Assembly: GCA_963976765.1 (NCBI GenBank)
Contig: CAXBME010000008.1
Span: 186,001-250,000 of the forward strand
Length of the DNA: 64,000 bases
DNA from: an uncultured Planctomycetaceae bacterium
GTDB taxonomy: Bacteria; Planctomycetota; Planctomycetia; Planctomycetales; Planctomycetaceae
Direction of reading: 5' to 3'
Below are positions 31,870 to 41,374 of the stretch, in pieces (position 1 is the stretch's first letter; every line of letters begins with the position of its first letter). The notes beneath the pieces were generated by a model, which had not been told where the DNA came from, ran no database searches, and saw only the letters and a program-made list of their open reading frames with translations. A program made the position numbers and the translations under genes.

Positions 31870-32088
31870 TCAGCCGTCCGGATGCTGGTGTGACCTGCCG
31901 AGCAGCGAGACCAGATTTCCCACGGAAATCAGCATCTCGACAGCGTCTGCTTCAGTCAAAGGTTCTCTGTAGTACCGCTGCCAGACGGCAATCGTCTGCT
32001 CGACCAGTGCCTTATCAATCCAGACCGGAGTGCCAGGCGGCGGGCGAGTCATTCTGTCCGGTTGTCTGGGCATAACTTCCCCCGTCAT
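31870..32088 (-). CDS. Small hypothetical protein upstream of the integrase
   Basis: Co-oriented ORF with protein-like sequence PPGTPVWI...TIAVWQRYY..PLT..DA.EML. Confidence 0.65.
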   Translation of the reverse strand: MTGEVMPRQPDRMTRPPPGTPVWIDKALVEQTIAVWQRYYREPLTEADAVEMLISVGNLVSLLGRSHQHPDG

Positions 32089-32130
32089 CAGTCACGCTGG
32101 TTACCAGTCGCTCAACTCGTTGCACTCCGA

Positions 32131-32433
32131 TTACCGATCTATCTCCATCGCATCGCGATCCATTGACCGATCCTGTGACTGATCTTCGTGTGCCGCTGCT
32201 CTTTCCAGCGCGCGGTCGAGCGTTGACTGTTGAGGTTCTTCATTGGCGTTCAGATCACGATCCTGCCGCGCGTCAGCAATTTCGCCGGGTGTCAGCGTTC
32301 CATACAGTCCATATTCGGGCTGCTGGGCGACGTTCGACTCGGGATAGATGGCTCCTCGAAGTTCGCGAAGTCCCTGCCGAAGGAAGGCTGAGGCGTGTCC
32401 AGCACCAATCTTTGGCTCTGAATCTGATTTCAT
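32131..32433 (-). CDS. Hypothetical protein with a charged C-terminal tail
   Basis: AGGAG RBS; in operon with the coupling protein. Confidence 0.75.
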   Translation of the reverse strand: MKSDSEPKIGAGHASAFLRQGLRELRGAIYPESNVAQQPEYGLYGTLTPGEIADARQDRDLNANEEPQQSTLDRALERAAAHEDQSQDRSMDRDAMEIDR

Positions 32434-32454
32434 TGCTTTTCTCCTGAATTAGAA

Positions 32455-33045
32455 TTAACCACGACGTCGGTTCCGAAAGTCTTCTGCAAGCCCCTGCTGG
32501 TCGATGACGGCATCGTTCAGGTCATACAGCCGGGTCTGATTCTGGACGGACCACGCATTCGCGAGAAACGCCATGCAGATTCCACCGATCACGATGTAAA
32601 GCCCGAGCGGTTCATCATTCGGGATGAGCAGACATCCCAGACCGATAATAAGCAGTGGTTCCATCGTCCGTTTGAATGTGACTTCAGAGCACTTCATCCA
32701 CGGCAGGAACTTCATCAGTACGGGAAAGCCGTTGTAGTACGAATGCCATACTTCCCCCCGCTTCTCCCGCGCACGGATTCCTTGCCGATGACAGAAGCAT
32801 GCCATGAGGTAATAGAACAGCCACAGGCCCAGCTCATCGACGTTCTGCACCTGCTTGAACATGCACCACAGTGGTGCCAGTACGAGTACGGCTGCCGCCT
32901 GCAGCCCCAGATATCTGGCTCCGAAGCCGCCGCGAATGAACACTTCAATTGACGTCGCCCACGTCTGGACGACGAACAGGCCGAAGTTTGACTTCTGCCA
33001 GATGTCCGCTGTTGTTGAAGAATCATGACCTGTCTGTGACATCAC
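32455..33045 (-). CDS. Integral membrane hypothetical protein
   Basis: About four hydrophobic segments; directly downstream of the coupling protein gene. Confidence 0.75.
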   Translation of the reverse strand: MMSQTGHDSSTTADIWQKSNFGLFVVQTWATSIEVFIRGGFGARYLGLQAAAVLVLAPLWCMFKQVQNVDELGLWLFYYLMACFCHRQGIRAREKRGEVWHSYYNGFPVLMKFLPWMKCSEVTFKRTMEPLLIIGLGCLLIPNDEPLGLYIVIGGICMAFLANAWSVQNQTRLYDLNDAVIDQQGLAEDFRNRRRG

Positions 33046-33128
33046 ATAGTCTCCCTGGGTTGATGGAAATCAGCGCGCACCGTCTCCGCCGACTGGTGCA
33101 GACTCAGAAAATCGCCGCGAGCAAGCGG

Positions 33129-34604
33129 CTATAGATGTTGCTGAAAGACGACTGGCATCCAGGGTTTTCCAGTCGCTTCAAAACGTCTTCCGCCCTGATA
33201 GACGATGGTGTCCGCCACAAAGTCCGGCGGCCCGCCCTTGCGGAGTGTGCCAAACACCGTGGGCTGGACTTCCCACTCGTAGGTTTCATTGACGCCTGCC
33301 GTGTACTGAGCAGGCTCCAGACCGAACATCGAACTGACGAGGTCACTTGAAGGACGGCTGCTGTTCGCGTTTATGAGATACTGCCTCGTCTTTCCGATTA
33401 ACTCAGCGGCATAAGCGTTCGTTTTCACATCCGACTGTTGGTGAAAGATCTTGGTGTTCAAATTACCCATCAGAGAATTAACCTCTGGCTCGGCCTTGTC
33501 ACCAAGCACCGCCAGAAAGTTACTGACACTCTGCGTGGCATTTACCACTGCCGTTCGTGTCGACCGTGCCGTCGTTTGAAAGAGCTGGTCACTGGAAGTC
33601 GTCAGCAGATGGGATTCATCGACGACCAGGAACACCGGTCGAGGATTCCGGCTCACATCTCGACGTTCCTGAGCCTTCTGCAGGCAGTACTTCCACAGTA
33701 CCTGCACGAAGAGACCGACTTCCCCGAATACCTTGATCGGAAGATCAAGCAGGATCACCTTGCCGTCCTGGCACATTTCCGGAGTGACGTTGCTTTCGGG
33801 AGCCGAGAGCAACTCCCGGACGATTCCACGATTGAGCACGTCGAGCATCGACGTAAATGTGCTTAGGACGACCGACCGGGTTCGTTCACTCAGATTCGCC
33901 CACTCGAACGCAAAGAAGTCCGCAACCAGTTCAAAGTCGGCCTGTTGAATCCGCGTCTTCGGCTTGCCGTCCGCTTCACGCAGACACTGAAAGCAGAACG
34001 AGCTGTTCTTCCACTCGTCGGAACTGAGCTGATCCCGCGACACCGGAGCCGATACCGCGAGTCGGTACAGACTCGGCACATCGAGGCCGCCCTTCGCCAT
34101 ACTCAGCAAATCGACGCAGTTCTTCATGAGCTGGCGGTTCGCTCTTTTCCAATAACCTGAATCTTCCCCTTCGTTACTTCCCGAGTTGCGTTCGCGAACT
34201 TCCAATAGCGTGCTGAGCAATGAGACGACGTTTTCCGTCAGGCCGGCACCGGCATCTTTTCGCTTCACCTCGGCGTCGAGTGGGTTGTAGCGGAGCGGTT
34301 CCGTCGGCCCGAAAACCATCAGGTCATCCAGTCTTCCGGTTTCGCGCAGGTACCGCTCATACATGGCACGGTCAGTGGGCTTTACGGTTGTCAAAATTCC
34401 GCCGTAACCGGCCTTCAGGAACGCTTTCACAATGGCCGCCATCGACGAGGTCGTCTTCCCACACCCAGTGCTTCCGAAGACTGATACGCCTTCGTATGAG
34501 TGCCCGATCGTCCAGGCATCCCCGGCAGAGAACTGCAGCAACGGAGTGGAGAAATCCCACTGGCTGCGAGCACGTCGAATCTGACCTCGTCGGAATGGCC
34601 ACAT
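33129..34604 (-). CDS. VirD4/TraG-like type IV coupling ATPase
   Basis: Walker A GSTGCGKT, YNPL, Walker B LVVDESH, ARS...ATQS, GNLNTKIF, A.ELIGK. Confidence 0.85.
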   Translation of the reverse strand: MWPFRRGQIRRARSQWDFSTPLLQFSAGDAWTIGHSYEGVSVFGSTGCGKTTSSMAAIVKAFLKAGYGGILTTVKPTDRAMYERYLRETGRLDDLMVFGPTEPLRYNPLDAEVKRKDAGAGLTENVVSLLSTLLEVRERNSGSNEGEDSGYWKRANRQLMKNCVDLLSMAKGGLDVPSLYRLAVSAPVSRDQLSSDEWKNSSFCFQCLREADGKPKTRIQQADFELVADFFAFEWANLSERTRSVVLSTFTSMLDVLNRGIVRELLSAPESNVTPEMCQDGKVILLDLPIKVFGEVGLFVQVLWKYCLQKAQERRDVSRNPRPVFLVVDESHLLTTSSDQLFQTTARSTRTAVVNATQSVSNFLAVLGDKAEPEVNSLMGNLNTKIFHQQSDVKTNAYAAELIGKTRQYLINANSSRPSSDLVSSMFGLEPAQYTAGVNETYEWEVQPTVFGTLRKGGPPDFVADTIVYQGGRRFEATGKPWMPVVFQQHL

Positions 34605-34621
34605 GGCATACTCCCAATGAA

Positions 34622-35452
34622 CTATTCGGCCACTGCCGACTGAGCCTGATCGCGCAACATGGCGATGAAGCTGCTCAGTTGAATGCCTGAGGCACGAACT
34701 TTCCTTGCCTTGTCAAGCACTTCTGAGATGACATCAATAAAACATTCGAGCGACAGGTCACTGCCTGTTACGGTGACGGATCGTCCGTGACCCAGCATGG
34801 CCGTCACCCTCTTCGGCGATGTGGCCGACGCTTTCTGCGGCGTCTTCTGCCTCCGATGTCTGCCGGCGATCGCGTCGCGTGTCATGCGCCCGGAAGCAAC
34901 GGCGTCGGCCAGCTGCTGCCGTGCTTCTTCATCTTCAATGCGAGTCAGTTCATAAGCCGCAGAGGCAGAAATTTCGCCTGCAGCAACCTGCTTCTGAACC
35001 TCATCAGGAAGTTCCAGTAACTTCAACAGCCGTGACACTGTCGCGTTGGATATTCCCAGGTGAGATGCCGCCTCGCTGGCGTTCCAGTTCGTTGCATCCA
35101 TGAGGCGATGGATCGCTCGTGCTTTCTCCATTCCGCCGAGATCGTTTCGCTGGACGTTCGCGATCAACTGTCTCTGGACAATGTCGCCGGTAGTCAGCTC
35201 GGCATTCTCAACGATGGCGGCAATCGTCTTCTCACCGAGCAACTTCATGGCGCGATACCGCCGCTCGCCATCCACGAGAATGAAGGACTCACCTTCACGA
35301 CGAACCCTGGCAGGGGCGAGCTGCCCGACCGCCTGAATGCTGGCACCCAGACCTGCCAGCGACTCTTCATCGAACTCAGTCCGCACCTGTTCCTCCGCCA
35401 CGATCTGGTCGATTGGCAGATGGACAATCTGCTCAAGCTGGGTCTTCGACAT
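34622..35452 (-). CDS. parB: ParB/RepB/Spo0J family protein
   Basis: QVRTEFDEESL..L.ASI...GQL.P, LVDGERRYRA, N.QR.DL, HTH ASEAASHLGISNATVSRLL. Confidence 0.9.
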   Translation of the reverse strand: MSKTQLEQIVHLPIDQIVAEEQVRTEFDEESLAGLGASIQAVGQLAPARVRREGESFILVDGERRYRAMKLLGEKTIAAIVENAELTTGDIVQRQLIANVQRNDLGGMEKARAIHRLMDATNWNASEAASHLGISNATVSRLLKLLELPDEVQKQVAAGEISASAAYELTRIEDEEARQQLADAVASGRMTRDAIAGRHRRQKTPQKASATSPKRVTAMLGHGRSVTVTGSDLSLECFIDVISEVLDKARKVRASGIQLSSFIAMLRDQAQSAVAE

Positions 35453-35491
35453 GTTATCTCCTATGAAAACACGAGGTCTAAACAGTTAGAG

Positions 35492-35788
35492 TCATGCTTT
35501 GGCCCGCTGCCGTTCACTGGCCTGCTTCGCCTGCCTAGCCGCAGCGATGGCCAGAATCAGTGCGCCGACATCGTCAATCAGCCCGGCAGGTCCGAGAGCC
35601 GCTTCAGGGAGAACATCGATCGGTGAGATGCAGTACAGGCCACACAGGGCAACCAGCACCCAGCCGGCCACTTTGACGACGAAGTTCTGAAACGGGCTCT
35701 GCGGAAGTGCCAGACACACCATGAACGCCGTCAGCAGGAATGTCCCGCACACGATCACTAAATGAATCAGTCCGAACAGTGAACTCAT
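35492..35788 (-). CDS. DUF1232/YkvA-like membrane protein
   Basis: YCISPIDVLPE...GLIDD motif after two TM segments; GGAG RBS. Confidence 0.75.
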   Translation of the reverse strand: MSSLFGLIHLVIVCGTFLLTAFMVCLALPQSPFQNFVVKVAGWVLVALCGLYCISPIDVLPEAALGPAGLIDDVGALILAIAAARQAKQASERQRAKA

Positions 35789-35837
35789 TTCGTTTCTCCA
35801 GGTAAGTAACAGGTTTCCAATCGTCATTTGAGAAAAT

Positions 35838-35862
35838 GGGGGCCGGCACGGTGCCGGCCCCC
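35838..35862 (-). terminator. GC-rich hairpin, probable terminator or stabiliser
   Basis: GGGGGCCGGCAC-G-GTGCCGGCCCCC; ATTTTC follows on the minus strand. Confidence 0.55.
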
Positions 35863-35881
35863 GACGTGCAGACTCTCGCGA

Positions 35882-36100
35882 TTACGACTTGAAGTGCTGT
35901 TCCACCAGCCCATGAACCGTATCGCGTTGGGCGTGCGTCAGGTTCTCCAGTGAGGTGCAGAAGAGTTTTGTGGCGTATTCGGCAGCCAGTCGGTTAGCAC
36001 GCTCCTGTTCCTGAGCCGAAAGCCGCTCGTACCAGGCGTAGCCAAGCACCCCACCGACAACACCACCTGCACAGAGAAAGGGGATTAATGGGAACATCAT
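35882..36100 (-). CDS. Small membrane-anchored hypothetical protein
   Basis: GGAG RBS; hydrophobic Gly-rich N-terminus. Confidence 0.65.
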   Translation of the reverse strand: MMFPLIPFLCAGGVVGGVLGYAWYERLSAQEQERANRLAAEYATKLFCTSLENLTHAQRDTVHGLVEQHFKS

Positions 36101-36252
36101 TCACTCCAGAATCCGGGTTACTGATTGACTGATGCGACTTGCAGCAGTCCTCAGATCATGAGGGACAATTCGTGGCGATGTTCTTCGGACAATTCTCAGG
36201 CGATTTCTGATTCAGCAGTAACTGCCCTCACCGGGCACTTCCCGCACAATGC

Positions 36253-36648
36253 TTGACACGAGACGGCAAGTGTGCAGTAGCTCGAAGGATGATTGCATCA
36301 TTCAGAATCAGTTCTGCCTGGCCCAAGACTGGTGGGCCATATCGAGATAGTCTGCTGCAACTTGCGTCTGATTGGATCATGGGTTCGATTGACGACGAGG
36401 AGTGCCTGCAGGAAGCGTTGAGCAGACGCAGAGGGGCGGTCAAGAAATATGATCGCTTTGGAAAGGGGAACCCTGAGTCCGCCGCAATTCTAACGGCCAT
36501 GATTTCTGATCAGGACGTCCTCATCAGCGCCGTCACCAATGCCATCGAAAGTCAACAAGGGGCTGCTGGTGAGTTCTCCCGTCGCGAGCTGCTGGATGCG
36601 GCTGTCCGTGACTCTGCCCAGAAAGATGGATCAAATCGAGGCAAATGA
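36253..36648 (+). CDS. Hypothetical protein
   Basis: 131-aa ORF filling the gap and ending at a hairpin. Confidence 0.45.
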   Translation: MTRDGKCAVARRMIASFRISSAWPKTGGPYRDSLLQLASDWIMGSIDDEECLQEALSRRRGAVKKYDRFGKGNPESAAILTAMISDQDVLISAVTNAIESQQGAAGEFSRRELLDAAVRDSAQKDGSNRGK

Positions 36649-36673
36649 AAAAGCCCGACCTACTGGTCGGGCT
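36648..36673 (-). terminator. Rho-independent terminator
   Basis: AGCCCGACC-TACT-GGTCGGGCT preceded by an A-run (U-tract on the minus strand). Confidence 0.75.
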
Positions 36674-36707
36674 CAAGCAGAGTTCGTCAGCGATTGACGG
36701 GATACGT

Positions 36708-38534
36708 TCACTCAGGCTGATGTACGATTCGGAACCCAGTCCCCGAGTTTTCTTTGCTCCACTCCGATGGATATCCCGCTTTGCACCAGTAGGACTCGTA
36801 CGACCACGAAGCTCCGGTGATCTGATATCCGTCGATGGCATTTCCAACGATCTCGAACACGTTGCCGAAGATATCGTAGATTCCTAACTCGTTTGGCTGT
36901 TTCTTACCCACTGGATGCGTACGCCCACCGCTATTCGCCCCGTACCATGCTACATCTTCGATTTCATCATCTCGTGGCAGTTCGTTCGGTCTTGCTATGT
37001 ATTCCCGCCGAACGCCACTTCCATCAGTCGCTGCCTGAGTCCACTCGGTCAGAGATGGTATCCTCAGACGTGCGCCGGCAAAGCGGGACAATTCCCGGCA
37101 GAAGAGTTCAGCGTCTTCTGGAGTCACATACTCCACAGGCAAGTCAGCAGCAGGCGAATTATCAACGGGAAAGTAGCTCGGGTTTTCTCTCAGCCCGGAT
37201 ACTTCCGATACGGCATTCCACTGCGCCTGTGTTATCTCTGTGCGGCTGATCCAGACGTCTGCCGTGTTACTGTTACCCGGCGAGAACACAAACGGAATTG
37301 CAAGGCCGATCGATGACAGTTCCAGCGTAAAGATCTGCCCTCGCACAGGACTCTGTGGAAAAACAACCAATGGCTGCGGGTTCGCATCTGGTAATTCTGG
37401 AATCACCGGTTTAGGCAAAACCGGTGCATCTTCCGTTGTTGCAGAAGGGGGCGAAGCTGATCTTACTGCCGATACAACAGGCTCATCTGTAATCGCATCT
37501 GGCGAGGTCTGAACGTCAGCAGCCACGACTTCGTCGCTGACTGTTTCCAGAATTCCCGGCCCCATACTTACACAAGCGACCCCCGCTAAAACCGCCACGA
37601 CCGCCGCAGTCACTGCATTTGCTGATGACGCTGCAACAGCGACTTTTCCTGTTGTTGCTATCGCAGAACCTGTCGTCGAGAGTGTTGATGCTGTACCTGG
37701 CACTTCCGAAATGGTCAGACCGTTCTGAACAGTCAATGCCGCCTCTCCGGCTGCTGCTCGTTCAGATGCCGCTGTCGTCAGTGCCACGAGAATGCCTGCG
37801 ATTACAGCCTCTTCATATCCCATGCCCCGCAGAAACGATTCGATTTCCCGTTTGCTTTTTGCCACATAGGCACAGACTGTATTCGGTTTCTTGTCGAGCA
37901 GCCTGCCAATATCCGCGAGTGTACTGTCGCCGCAGATTGCTTTTGATTCACGGGCAATCGTTCCGGCGACCCCGCACAGCCCGTCCAGAAACTCCCGCAA
38001 TTCGTGCATCAGGACGACTACTTCAGGTGCATCGAACCTCATGTCCGTTGCCGCAGTCACGACTGCATCAACATCCGGTTCTCCATCACGGATCAGAATA
38101 CCGTTCGCTGTTGGGAACCGATTTCGTCCGTGCAGGTCTCTCCATCGCTGCGCCTTCTCTTCGTCAGTGGGAGGCTTGGGAAAGCCCGATCGCAGGTGTT
38201 CCCGCTTACGCTTTGTCGCTCGGATCTGGCTTGAAACGAGACGACTTAGCACTACGGAGGCGGTTTCTTCTTCCTCATTCTGGACCCATGAGACGGCAAT
38301 TCCAGGCAGTTTCATGGCGATTCTGCCCATACAGTCTTCAGCCCCATCTCTCCCAAGTTTCCATTTTAGATGGACACAACTTGATTCCCAAATGCGACAG
38401 AGAAGCTCGCGGTACACTTTCTGGGAAGCAGCTCCACCTGAGCCTGCCCCGAACGTGAGCAGCAGGTCGTCCAGCTCCCCGGAAATACGCTCGTTCTCGT
38501 CATTGCACATTTCATCCAGATAGCTGCTTGCCAT
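36708..38534 (-). CDS. ECF-sigma-like N-terminus + TM + formylglycine-generating-enzyme (SUMF1/FGE) domain
   Basis: AEDC region-2-like segment, HTH TLADIGRLLDKKPNTVCAYVAKSK; TEITQAQW, LPVE.V, RIPS..EW, THPVGKKQPNELGIYDIFGNVFE, GFRIV. Confidence 0.75.
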   Translation of the reverse strand: MASSYLDEMCNDENERISGELDDLLLTFGAGSGGAASQKVYRELLCRIWESSCVHLKWKLGRDGAEDCMGRIAMKLPGIAVSWVQNEEEETASVVLSRLVSSQIRATKRKREHLRSGFPKPPTDEEKAQRWRDLHGRNRFPTANGILIRDGEPDVDAVVTAATDMRFDAPEVVVLMHELREFLDGLCGVAGTIARESKAICGDSTLADIGRLLDKKPNTVCAYVAKSKREIESFLRGMGYEEAVIAGILVALTTAASERAAAGEAALTVQNGLTISEVPGTASTLSTTGSAIATTGKVAVAASSANAVTAAVVAVLAGVACVSMGPGILETVSDEVVAADVQTSPDAITDEPVVSAVRSASPPSATTEDAPVLPKPVIPELPDANPQPLVVFPQSPVRGQIFTLELSSIGLAIPFVFSPGNSNTADVWISRTEITQAQWNAVSEVSGLRENPSYFPVDNSPAADLPVEYVTPEDAELFCRELSRFAGARLRIPSLTEWTQAATDGSGVRREYIARPNELPRDDEIEDVAWYGANSGGRTHPVGKKQPNELGIYDIFGNVFEIVGNAIDGYQITGASWSYESYWCKAGYPSEWSKENSGTGFRIVHQPE

Positions 38535-38912
38535 GATTGTCTTGCCTCAACGGGGACTGATTTGGATGACCTGAAATCTATAGGGACAATTGACCGATCA
38601 GTTCTTCGGGTAAATCTCAAAAAAAATCTGAAGTATCTTTCTGCCGTGACTGCAACATGCTGCTGGCAAGAGATTTACGATGTAAGGAGTTTCCAGTTTA
38701 TTGAGACGGTGTCGATACATTCGTTCCCGAGTTTCCCGCGTGACCTCGAATTTGCCAAGCGACGCGACACTCGCAGGTTGGATTGGTAACCAGGCAAATG
38801 ATTGTCTGCCACATGAACCCATCCGGTCGGCTGAGGTGATTGAGGCAAATAACGTCCTTTATTTATCACTAAGAGCTTGCGCCGACAAATCGACTGCGCT
38901 ACGTTCGGCAGC

Positions 38913-39896
38913 ATGGATTCCGAACCTCAGTCGTTAATGATTCTTTCGCCCGGTCGTCGCGAGCTTGTCGCGACGGATCTTCCTTCATCCATTCTTGCCG
39001 CCGGTACAGCGGCTGGATTTGCCTGGGATGAATTCTTCGGTGGCATGGTCCGCAACCGCCATACGCGAGCGGCCTATCTTCATGCCGTGCGGAAGTTTCT
39101 TGTGTGGGTTGAATCCAGCAACATATCGCTGGAGCGGATTACACCCGGCATGGTCGGAGCGTATTTCGACCAGCATTCCGGCAGTCTGCCGACTCGCAAG
39201 CTGCATCTGTCGGCCATCCGGGCTTTCTTCGATGTGCTCGTGAATCGGCATGTCGTCGTTCTGAATCCCGCGACCACCGTACGTGGTGAGCGATATCAGG
39301 CCGTCGAAGGTAAGACGCCCGAGATTACTCGCGATCAGGCTCGTCGACTGCTGGCGTCTATTGACACAAGTCGTCCTGTCGGTCGTCGAGATCAGGCCAT
39401 CATTGCCACACTGATCTACACGGCGGCCCGTGCCGGGGCGGTGGCCGGTCTCCGTCTCAGGGATTTCCTCTGGGATGGCACGCAGTACACGCTCCGCTTC
39501 GCCGAGAAAGGTGGAAAATCACGCTCAATTCCGGTCAGACACGACCTGCAGCTTGTGCTCACCGCCTACCGCGAGGACTTCGACTGGCAGCATGAGCCGA
39601 AAGACGCCTGTCTGTTCCGCTCAGTGGCGGGACGCACCGGTCAGCTCTCAACGCAGCCGCTTCGCAACATTGATATCTGCCGCATGGTCAAGCGCCGGTT
39701 GAAAGATGCCGGCCTGCCCGAGCATCTCTCGCCCCACTCCTTCCGTGTCGCCACCGTTACCGATCTGCTCACACAGGGGGTCTCTCTGGAAGACGTCCAG
39801 TATCTGGCCGGTCACGCCGATCCCCGCACGACCCGGCTCTATGATCGCCGCCAGAAAGTCGTCACCCGCAATACCGTGGAACGTATCTCGATCTGA
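38913..39896 (+). CDS. Tyrosine recombinase (XerC/D-like resolvase)
   Basis: RDQAII..LIYTAAR, EKGGK, SPHSFR, LAGHAD..TT.LY; start uncertain (38877-38937). Confidence 0.93.
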   Translation: MDSEPQSLMILSPGRRELVATDLPSSILAAGTAAGFAWDEFFGGMVRNRHTRAAYLHAVRKFLVWVESSNISLERITPGMVGAYFDQHSGSLPTRKLHLSAIRAFFDVLVNRHVVVLNPATTVRGERYQAVEGKTPEITRDQARRLLASIDTSRPVGRRDQAIIATLIYTAARAGAVAGLRLRDFLWDGTQYTLRFAEKGGKSRSIPVRHDLQLVLTAYREDFDWQHEPKDACLFRSVAGRTGQLSTQPLRNIDICRMVKRRLKDAGLPEHLSPHSFRVATVTDLLTQGVSLEDVQYLAGHADPRTTRLYDRRQKVVTRNTVERISI

Positions 39897-40158
39897 CGGA
39901 AGATTCTGAATAGACGACATGCCCATGGAGTCCGAAAGTCATTGAGGTTGTGCCTGTTCGGAATCTCCCGCTCAGAGCCTCCCGGTCATGTTCGAAATCA
40001 AACATCTCCACTCTGCCCCCGGCGTTGCCGTCGCGTGACTTCAGGCTCGCTGTTCGCTCGGTTCTCGTTCCGAGGAACGGCTGACGCCCCTTCCGGCCCG
40101 CTGGTGCGGCGGCCTTTGGCCTGATGTGGATGCTTTGCGCTGACGGAGTTCTTTCAGT

Positions 40159-40355
40159 AGGGGGCTGCTGGCCCCCTGTGCCGTCAAGGCTCGGGGCCGC
40201 GCGATGGCCTGCGGCGACTCCCACTCTTCCGCGCTCGTGCCTCGCTTGTGCAGAGCGGTGCCCTCCTCCAGCCATCGGCCTTGACCGCACTTCCCCCCAG
40301 CTTATGGGGCAGACGTCCCCTGCGCCCCAAAAGCATGAGCTGCTTTGGGGCTCAG
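40159..40355 (+). promoter_or_regulatory. Nested inverted-repeat element upstream of ardC (Frpo/ssi/CUP-like)
   Basis: GTGCCGTCAAGGC (40178-40190) / GCCTTGACCGCAC (40278-40290), inner CGATGGC/GCCATCG, and further hairpins. Confidence 0.6.
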
Positions 40356-40389
40356 AGACTTTCCTGAAACCTGACACAGGGGACACGCC

Positions 40390-41289
40390 ATGACTACGAC
40401 CACCGCCCGCGTTGACATTTACACTCAGGTCACCGACCGCATCATCGCCAGGCTTGAGCGGGGCGTTCTGCCCTGGCTCAAGCCCTGGCACGCTGAGCAC
40501 GCAGCCGGACGCATTACGCGACCGCTGCGACACAATGGCCAGCCTTATCGAGGCGTCAACGTCGTCATGCTCTGGATGTCTGCGGACGATCTGGGTTTCG
40601 GCTCCCCCTTCTGGCTGACCTACAGGCAGGCACAGGAACTCGGCGGACACGTTCGCAAAGGCGAAAAAGGCTCGCCTGTCGTCTACGCCTCCAGTTTCAA
40701 GAAGACCGAGACCAATGAAGACGGGCAGGACGTCGAAGCCGAGATTCCCTTCCTCAAACAGTACACCGTCTTCTGTGCCGATCAGTGCGACGGCCTGCCG
40801 CCACATTTCTACCAGATGGCCACACCGCCCACCGAGACGCTCGAACGCATCGACCGGGCGGATATGTTCTACGCCAACACCAAAGCCGATATCCGCACGG
40901 GCGGAAACCGGGCTTACTACACCATCACGGACGACTATGTCCGGATACCGCCTTTTGAAACCTTCCGCGATGCCGAGTCACACGCGGCCACCCTCGCCCA
41001 CGAGCTGACGCACTGGACGCGGCATCCGTCCCGACTGGATCGCGACCTGGGGCGGAAACGCTTTGGCGATGAAGGCTACGCGATGGAAGAACTGGTCGCC
41101 GAACTCGGCTCTGCTTTCCTGTGTGCCGACCTGCAGATTACGCCCGAGGTTCGAGAAGACCACGCCAGCTACATCGATTCCTGGCTCAAGGTTCTGGGCG
41201 AAGACAAGCGAGCCATTTTCTCCGCTGCTTCGCACGCGTCAAAGGCGGTTGACTTCCTGCACAGCCTGCAACCGCAGCCCGTTGCCTGA
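40390..41289 (+). CDS. ardC: ArdC family antirestriction / ssDNA-binding protein
   Basis: IY.QVTDRII..LE.G..PW.KPW, YRGVN, WLTYRQAQELGG.VRKGEKG, HELTHWT metalloprotease-like motif, YAMEELVAELGSAF. Confidence 0.93.
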   Translation: MTTTTARVDIYTQVTDRIIARLERGVLPWLKPWHAEHAAGRITRPLRHNGQPYRGVNVVMLWMSADDLGFGSPFWLTYRQAQELGGHVRKGEKGSPVVYASSFKKTETNEDGQDVEAEIPFLKQYTVFCADQCDGLPPHFYQMATPPTETLERIDRADMFYANTKADIRTGGNRAYYTITDDYVRIPPFETFRDAESHAATLAHELTHWTRHPSRLDRDLGRKRFGDEGYAMEELVAELGSAFLCADLQITPEVREDHASYIDSWLKVLGEDKRAIFSAASHASKAVDFLHSLQPQPVA

Positions 41290-41374
41290 CGGTCTGACTG
41301 ACATCCCATGCCGCTCGCTGAGCAATTCTCACGGGCGGACTTTCCCCCTCATATTCTCTGCGGAGTGCCTGCAC

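Noticed and set aside
36708..37320. FGE/C-type-lectin domain as a diversity-generating retroelement target
   Set aside because: No reverse transcriptase and no template-repeat copy seen in the window.
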